From a virus (lineage: Duplodnaviria; Heunggongvirae; Uroviricota; Caudoviricetes): a DNA stretch of 64,000 nucleotides. The position numbers and the translations under genes were made by a program. Position 1 is the first letter of the stretch. Each line of letters starts with the position of its first letter. Shown here piece after piece: positions 58,730 through 64,000 of the stretch. The notes below the pieces were generated by a model. That model saw only the letters and a program-made list of their open reading frames with translations, searched no databases and was not told the DNA's origin. Where the stretch lies: positions 1-64,000 of IMG/VR virus record IMGVR_UViG_3300029841_000009; one strand, written 5' to 3'.

Positions 58730-59449
58730 TTAACGAGAGAAGGTCTTGGAAAGAATGTCATCAATAGCCTTTGTGACTTCATCAGCAAACGCATCCTCAC
58801 CAGCACGCAGCGCCACGCCATGCCAATCAAGACGCTGCGAATAGTTAGGTTGCTGGATAAACGTAAGGATCAACGTAGGACGCCGCCCAACGCGCTGCCA
58901 GACGCCTGGTTGAAGCGGGTTACTTGTACCAGGTCGAACAACAAAAAACTCCGTAGGCTTGCCCTGACGGCGATTTTGATGCGCATCTCGCTGAACTCTT
59001 AGGCCAGATAAGACCTGCTGTAATTGCCCCCGCGAAATATTCCCGTATTTGTCCAGCTTTGCGCCGGGACCAGGAGCAATCTGCCAGCCGTTAGGCAAAT
59101 ATCCACCAGCCCTTAGCGCCCCTTCTGAGCGTTTGTACTGTCGTTGGCCACCTTCGATTTGCGGAGTCAACGTTACAGGGGCTGGCGTTCCTCCCCATTC
59201 ACGAGCATACACAATGGCTGTAGGATCACTCTTCTTTGCGGCCAAAACGTAAGTAGAGTTCTGAATCCACGGCGTGGGCCTGTCAAATACCCGATTAATT
59301 TCATTCTTAATCGCAGCCTGAGAAGCCTTTGCCGTTCTGGTTGCCGCAAGCGCCATTGCGAACGGCAATTCGCGTTCTTCAAGGCGCTGGAGTTGTCGTT
59401 GAATATCCTGAGAAGAAAAATCCATCTTTATCTCAATTCTGTCAGCCAC
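58730..59449 (-). CDS. hypothetical protein
   Basis: 239-aa ORF between the ParB-like genes. Confidence 0.4.
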   Translation of the reverse strand: MADRIEIKMDFSSQDIQRQLQRLEERELPFAMALAATRTAKASQAAIKNEINRVFDRPTPWIQNSTYVLAAKKSDPTAIVYAREWGGTPAPVTLTPQIEGGQRQYKRSEGALRAGGYLPNGWQIAPGPGAKLDKYGNISRGQLQQVLSGLRVQRDAHQNRRQGKPTEFFVVRPGTSNPLQPGVWQRVGRRPTLILTFIQQPNYSQRLDWHGVALRAGEDAFADEVTKAIDDILSKTFSR

Positions 59450-59465
59450 CAGCGCCTCCTACACA

Positions 59466-60845
59466 CTACTTAATCAACGGCCGGAAAGCCGCCAGCACAT
59501 CATCAGATCGTCCGATTGTTGAACCACCAGGCAACGGCAACTCAAACTCAAAACGAACAGCTTTCTCCAGACTCGCCCAACTAAGGGAATCATCGTTAAT
59601 GACGTGCAAATACCAGCTCTTACAGTTGAATATTGACCGCTTAATCCTGAAACCATGTACACGACACAACTGCTTCACTTCCTCATCAGAGTGAAACTTC
59701 TGGTAAAACCAGTGCCCCTTCCGGTACAACGCGGTAAAACCGTCATGATCAATAAAATAAAGCCGGCTTTTGGAACTCGCCGCTTGTGTTTGCTTCAGGA
59801 CTGTTTCCAGTTCTCCACGGCTACGGCCAGAAAAGAATATTGACCCACCAGCTTTACACAGGCCTTTCAGAACCGTCAGAACGGACCATTCAGCCTCGAC
59901 ACTATCGACCGAGTTCAAAACGCTATCGCAAATCACGTAGTCGTAACGCCCTCGCGTTTTTAAGTCGTCCACCAGCGTATCAATCATCCGGTTTGTTGCG
60001 GCCCTATCCAGAGTGTTTCCAGCGCCCTTACGGCGGAAAAGCTCGAGATCATGCAGGTTATATCCCTTTGCCCTGAGCATTCGCGCGTAGTCTCCCTGCC
60101 CCGAACCAAAATCAATTCCTCTTGGCGTCTTGGCAATGATCGGGAGGATCAACGACTCATACAGATTTGATTTCAGGCTGCCACCATTACGCAACCGCAT
60201 AAGCTGCGCATACGTCTGGATGTATGTTGTTTTCTCCAGATGAGAATACTCAAATACACCATAAGTTTTATTCAGATAACTTTGGTATTTTTCCTTCTCA
60301 ACATCAGGGATCACAAACACCGTTAGCGGTGTGCGCGTCATTTTCGCTGCTAATGCATACTGAGCACAGTGAATAACCTCACCAGACTGAGTAGCAACAC
60401 AACCACCCCACGGACCATACTTGATAACCAGTTCCGCTATGTTCTTTCGAACATATGCCATTTTCGCGCGCATATTGCCTGAGATCTGGCTTGCCGATAC
60501 CTGAACAAAACCATGCTTATCTTCCAGACCGGACACCCTGCAACGCTCATCTCCGCTATCAAAATCCGTTCCGTTATGCAGTTGGTTAAACCGTACTTCG
60601 TCGTATACCGTCGTTTCACAGGGCAACACATACACCGCAGCACGCGTTATTCCCAACTTACGTAGCGCCTTCGTCCTTTGGTGTCCCGCCACCAGCAAAT
60701 CGCCGCGCACTATCAATGGCTTCACAAGCCCCAGCTCCCTGACGCTTTCCGCCAGCCTCGCAAGATCATCCTCACCGATAAAACGCGGGTTATATTCCGC
60801 GCCGCGTAGGTGCGTTATGTCGTAATTGAGGTGAAGCATCAGCAC
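59466..60845 (-). CDS. ParB-like N-terminal domain fused to a class I SAM-dependent methyltransferase
   Basis: 459 aa; N-terminal ParB motif (LIVRGDLLVAGHQRTKAL), C-terminal motif I IDFGSGQGDY and acidic post-I residues; no DPPY/NPPY motif, so the substrate is unclear. Confidence 0.6.
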   Translation of the reverse strand: MLMLHLNYDITHLRGAEYNPRFIGEDDLARLAESVRELGLVKPLIVRGDLLVAGHQRTKALRKLGITRAAVYVLPCETTVYDEVRFNQLHNGTDFDSGDERCRVSGLEDKHGFVQVSASQISGNMRAKMAYVRKNIAELVIKYGPWGGCVATQSGEVIHCAQYALAAKMTRTPLTVFVIPDVEKEKYQSYLNKTYGVFEYSHLEKTTYIQTYAQLMRLRNGGSLKSNLYESLILPIIAKTPRGIDFGSGQGDYARMLRAKGYNLHDLELFRRKGAGNTLDRAATNRMIDTLVDDLKTRGRYDYVICDSVLNSVDSVEAEWSVLTVLKGLCKAGGSIFFSGRSRGELETVLKQTQAASSKSRLYFIDHDGFTALYRKGHWFYQKFHSDEEVKQLCRVHGFRIKRSIFNCKSWYLHVINDDSLSWASLEKAVRFEFELPLPGGSTIGRSDDVLAAFRPLIK

Positions 60846-61462
60846 ACCTCCCCAGCCAGCAATGCGGATACAAATCCGATATAGCTGCCATTATCATCAA
60901 CATAACGAGACACCGCGCAGTCAAAACGATCCGCTTCCTCATCCGTTGCCGGGATTTTATGACCTCCAAATGACAGGTACTGAACTTTTACGCCTGATTT
61001 GGCCTCATCCTTCTCAAATGGGATATCCATACCCTCTGTGTCATCGTAGACTGCCGCACTCAATAAGTTATCCAGTTCGCGCTGAGTAAAACCAATTGAG
61101 TCCAGAGCAAAATCATCGGCCGCAAGATCTGCAAGCTCCGCGCTTAACAACTCTTCATCCCAACCAGCATTCAGCGGAATACGGTTGTCGGCCAGACGAT
61201 ATGCCTTCTTCTGATTCTCCGTTAGCCCAGCCAGAACAATGCAGGGAACATCATCCATCCCCAACTGAGTGGCCGCAGCAATTCGACCATGACCAGCAAT
61301 TACAACGTTGTTCTCGTCTATCAGGATCGGATTAGTCCATCCGTACTCCTGTATGCTGGCAACAATCTGATCTACCTGCTCCACGGAGTGTGTGCGAGCG
61401 TTCTTTTCATAACCAATCAACACAGAAAGTGGTAAAGAAACCACATTAAGATGTTTTGTCAT
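60839..61462 (-). CDS. ParB-like nuclease N-terminal domain protein
   Basis: 207 aa; ...NPILIDENNVVIAGHGRIAAA...; about 60 percent identical to 57582..58172 over the N-terminal domain. Confidence 0.6.
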   Translation of the reverse strand: MTKHLNVVSLPLSVLIGYEKNARTHSVEQVDQIVASIQEYGWTNPILIDENNVVIAGHGRIAAATQLGMDDVPCIVLAGLTENQKKAYRLADNRIPLNAGWDEELLSAELADLAADDFALDSIGFTQRELDNLLSAAVYDDTEGMDIPFEKDEAKSGVKVQYLSFGGHKIPATDEEADRFDCAVSRYVDDNGSYIGFVSALLAGEVC

Positions 61463-61696
61463 GCCGTTTATCCGCTAAAATCCCCTCGCTTGTGCAAGCA
61501 AGTGGGCCTCGGTTTGTATCCACGGCACCCTGTGGGTATGAATGACTGTCGTCAGGTCGCAACTGACGGCGGTCGCCCACCTTCCAGTAATAAAAAAGCC
61601 ACCAGCATTAACTCCACAGCGAGCAGGAGTTAATGAGGCAGCTTTGGTTTGCGCATTATCGCAGCCCCTGATTAGCACAAGAGCTGCTGTAATGCG

Positions 61697-62107
61697 TTAC
61701 GCAGGGATCAAACAGATGTGGCCGTTATTTACCTCAATACGGGAATATTCCGGCTTACCATCCACGATTCCGGTAATGACAAGTTCGCCATCAGGCGACC
61801 ATTCTTCTTTGTCGTCTTCAAGTACCGCGCCTTCTGGCAAATCAATACAGGCAAAAACAGGGCAGCCAGGATGACGTTTATCCTCCATCGCAATCAGCAT
61901 CGACTCACCGAACCACTCTGTGGTAGCACGGCCATCAGCCGCCTGATAGTGAATCAGATACTGGTTTTCGCCATTTGCATACTGAGCACGGGCTTGAACT
62001 TCTCCCCACTCTTCACTGATACGCATTGTTACCAGTTGGGATAATTCAAACTTAAACGGAACAGACTCTGCACCAATGGCAATCGGTTTATCTTCTTTCT
62101 TTTCCAT
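61697..62107 (-). CDS. hypothetical protein
   Basis: Internal Met (MEKKEDKP) with an AGGTGA ribosome-binding site, inside track ORF 61697..62176; a hairpin terminator lies upstream. Confidence 0.4.
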   Translation of the reverse strand: MEKKEDKPIAIGAESVPFKFELSQLVTMRISEEWGEVQARAQYANGENQYLIHYQAADGRATTEWFGESMLIAMEDKRHPGCPVFACIDLPEGAVLEDDKEEWSPDGELVITGIVDGKPEYSRIEVNNGHICLIPA

Positions 62108-62156
62108 AACATCACCTGAAAATAAAAAGCCCCGCGACACCGCGAGGCTGTAAGAG

Positions 62157-62309
62157 TTACTTTCGATATAAATCAAGGCGCATTTGCTCCCGCTTAAGCC
62201 GAAAAGCCCTCTGCGCCACTAAGATGCGCCACAGGACACCAGCGATAACCACCAGCGAGATACAAAAACACACGGCCACAACCATCAGAAAAATGCCAAC
62301 ACCATTCAT
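62157..62309 (-). CDS. small membrane protein (50 aa, not in ORF track)
   Basis: Hand translation gives MNGVGIFLMVVAVCFCISLVVIAGVLWRILVAQRAFRLKREQMRLDLYRK; ATGA start/stop overlap with the upstream 70-aa membrane ORF. Confidence 0.35.
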   Translation of the reverse strand: MNGVGIFLMVVAVCFCISLVVIAGVLWRILVAQRAFRLKREQMRLDLYRK

Positions 62310-62518
62310 GAAACTATCCATTCTTCAATGAATATCTCCAGTAATGTCAAGAGATACGCCGTCCCCAGCGCGGTTCCTACCGATATAGCTAAGACAAACC
62401 TCAAAGATAACGAGGTGTCTTTCGCTTTTCTCCAGACGTAAGCGCCAGCTAGAAATACCAACAAATCTCTTATTGGAAGCGGAAACCAGAACAAATCACT
62501 CGGCATAAGCACGATCAT
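62306..62518 (-). CDS. small membrane protein (70 aa, two predicted transmembrane segments)
   Basis: Hydrophobic segments LLVFLAGAYVW and FVLAISVGTALGTAYLLTLL. Confidence 0.4.
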   Translation of the reverse strand: MIVLMPSDLFWFPLPIRDLLVFLAGAYVWRKAKDTSLSLRFVLAISVGTALGTAYLLTLLEIFIEEWIVS

Positions 62519-62795
62519 CTTCCGCTGCTGATTTACATGCCGCAGTTACTGATATATTGATAACCGGTGCGCTAATCGTGATGGACGACGCTGTCGGTTG
62601 ACGCGATATAACTGAACGATGGCTATCAATGAAGTCCACAATCTCATTCAGGCACTCTTTAGCTGCCTCATCGTGACTTTTTCCGTATGCTTCATGGAGG
62701 ACTTTCATCCTCATCATTGCTCCGTCACATATAGTCGAAAGCGCGTAAAGCACATCACTAACCGCCATTTCTTTTTTGGTGCTTGTCGAAGGCAT
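62496..62795 (-). CDS. hypothetical protein
   Basis: 99-aa ORF preceded by a hairpin terminator of the upstream operon. Confidence 0.4.
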   Translation of the reverse strand: MPSTSTKKEMAVSDVLYALSTICDGAMMRMKVLHEAYGKSHDEAAKECLNEIVDFIDSHRSVISRQPTASSITISAPVINISVTAACKSAAEDDRAYAE

Positions 62796-62869
62796 CCCAT
62801 GTTCTCCTTTGTCTGGATGTAAAAAAGCCCCGGCAATTGCCGAGGCTCGTTGTTCGTTATCGTTACGGT

Positions 62870-63070
62870 TTAATGCTCGCGTCGTCCGGCGACAACTTCG
62901 GATTTGTATTTCAGGTCGCCCAGCAAGAATTGCAGTTTAAGCATCTTTGCCGCCGTGTAGTTCCCTGATTCCACAACCTCTTTCATGAGGTCATAAACGG
63001 CCGCTACATCATCAGCCAGGAACTCTTTGCGTTGCTGCTCAGTCGCACGTTTGAAGGAAATACGCATCAC
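62870..63070 (-). CDS. hypothetical protein (second gene of repeat-C cassette)
   Basis: 66 aa; ATGA overlap with the upstream gene; hairpin plus T-run downstream. Confidence 0.4.
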   Translation of the reverse strand: MMRISFKRATEQQRKEFLADDVAAVYDLMKEVVESGNYTAAKMLKLQFLLGDLKYKSEVVAGRREH

Positions 63071-63336
63071 TCATCATCTCCTGCCGCACATACAACCTCA
63101 CAAAAAAAATCAGCAGAATGTTTCTCCTTGAACGAATGACGCTCAAAACCGCACTCAATATCAGGCGCAAAAACATCCACCACATACGGTCTTTCAGAAT
63201 GTTTGTTTTCCCAACGATAAACCGTAGTGACGTTGAAATGTTTTAACGCTTCACGGAACTCAACGCTGCCAGTCAGGTTTTTTGAGGTCAGGTATTGCAG
63301 GAGGTTTTTTACTACTTCACGGTCTTGTACTTTCAT
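63067..63336 (-). CDS. hypothetical protein (first gene of repeat-C cassette)
   Basis: 89-aa ORF starting at the repeat. Confidence 0.45.
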   Translation of the reverse strand: MKVQDREVVKNLLQYLTSKNLTGSVEFREALKHFNVTTVYRWENKHSERPYVVDVFAPDIECGFERHSFKEKHSADFFCEVVCAAGDDE

Positions 63337-63449
63337 CGGGTTATCTCCGGTTTAACCAGGGCGGGTATCGCTCGGTTTCGGGTATAACCATAGGAAATTT
63401 TTTCCCACCTGTAAAGCACTTTTATATAAATCTATAATTATATAATTCT
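63334..63449 (-). repeat. promoter-leader repeat, copy C
   Basis: Nearly identical to copy B across about 115 bp including the start-codon context. Confidence 0.7.
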
Positions 63450-64000
63450 ATACCACTTGCCAGAGAGCATCATGCAACTGGATACTTCCATTGCACTGGT
63501 TGCCCCAGCCATGCCAACCATCAGGTAAATCACCGCGAGCAAACAGCTCAATACGAGGAACATCACCTAACAGCCTTACCAGCTTGTCACGAACCACATC
63601 AGGCTTCCGAGAATGCTCCAGACGAGGCGATGTAAACGACTGAATGATCCCCGCATCAAGGCGGGTCGGCAATTTGCCTTTTACCGCAAACAAGCAATCT
63701 TCACTGTTTGCACGAGTCATATGCCCCATCCCCATCACCAGCTTATCTGGTTGTCGGCTACCACATTTGTTCCATGTGAAGCCCTTCATGGTCATAAGCC
63801 TGAATCCCCATGCTTTCACCACCAGCAACGCTTCTTCTGGCTGAGTCGGAACCCACCACATGGCCAACAAACACGATTCAGGATTAGCAAGCTGCCAGAC
63901 AGGAATACGAGCAATATCCTCAGCTTTCATCGTTGGATACTTAAAACCAGCTCCACGATTCCCATCCTTACACTTATCTTTGTATTCCCAGGGGGGATCT
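63448..64000 (-). CDS. MT-A70-family N6-adenine DNA methyltransferase (5' end beyond window)
   Basis: Track ORF 63448..63930 stays open in frame to the window edge, where the upstream codons read DPPWEYKDK (the catalytic DPPW motif). Confidence 0.6.
   Translation of the reverse strand, partial: DPPWEYKDKCKDGNRGAGFKYPTMKAEDIARIPVWQLANPESCLLAMWWVPTQPEEALLVVKAWGFRLMTMKGFTWNKCGSRQPDKLVMGMGHMTRANSEDCLFAVKGKLPTRLDAGIIQSFTSPRLEHSRKPDVVRDKLVRLLGDVPRIELFARGDLPDGWHGWGNQCNGSIQLHDALWQVV

Noticed and set aside
22757-63449. Possibility that the three ~115-bp repeats form a CRISPR array
   Set aside because: The copies are tens of kilobases apart, each is fused to a promoter and start codon, and no short regularly spaced repeat-spacer pattern exists anywhere in the window.

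Overview
The window looks like a mosaic mobile-element region from an enterobacterial (E. coli-like) genome, with almost all genes on the minus strand. It holds two complete virion-morphogenesis clusters separated by plasmid-type maintenance genes. I could not run homology searches, so all calls rest on motifs read from the translations and on gene order. Layout: (1) 1-17727, a T7/epsilon15-like podovirus packaging and structural module (terminase small and large, portal, scaffold, capsid, tail tubular A/B-like, internal virion proteins including one with a lytic transglycosylase domain), interrupted by a plus-strand insert carrying tRNA-Arg(UCU) and a 123-aa ORF; (2) 17768-25276, an early region with two Ead/Ea22-like paralogs, DUF551-like, DUF1064-like and a Cro-like gene; (3) 25290-30169, an immunity and maintenance block with operators, a CI-type repressor, ParA plus a ribbon-helix-helix ParG-like partner, and an antirepressor; (4) 30204-36372, accessory and plasmid genes including a HigB/HigA-like toxin-antitoxin pair and an IncFII-type RepA with a putative origin and CopA-like antisense terminator; (5) 36373-57591, a lambda-like head module joined to a P2/Mu-like contractile tail module, ending in a lambda Tfa-like tail fiber assembly gene; (6) 57582-64000, three ParB-N-terminal-domain proteins (one fused to a SAM methyltransferase), small membrane proteins and a truncated MT-A70 adenine methyltransferase. 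No integrase, CRISPR array or lysis cassette was seen. The most notable features are the plasmid replicon and partition genes sitting between two phage structural clusters (possible phage-plasmid), three near-identical ~115-bp promoter-leader repeats, a recurring AT-rich motif, and a candidate antisense-RNA region upstream of the antirepressor. Hand-located coordinates (terminators, repeats, RNAs) may be off by a few bases.
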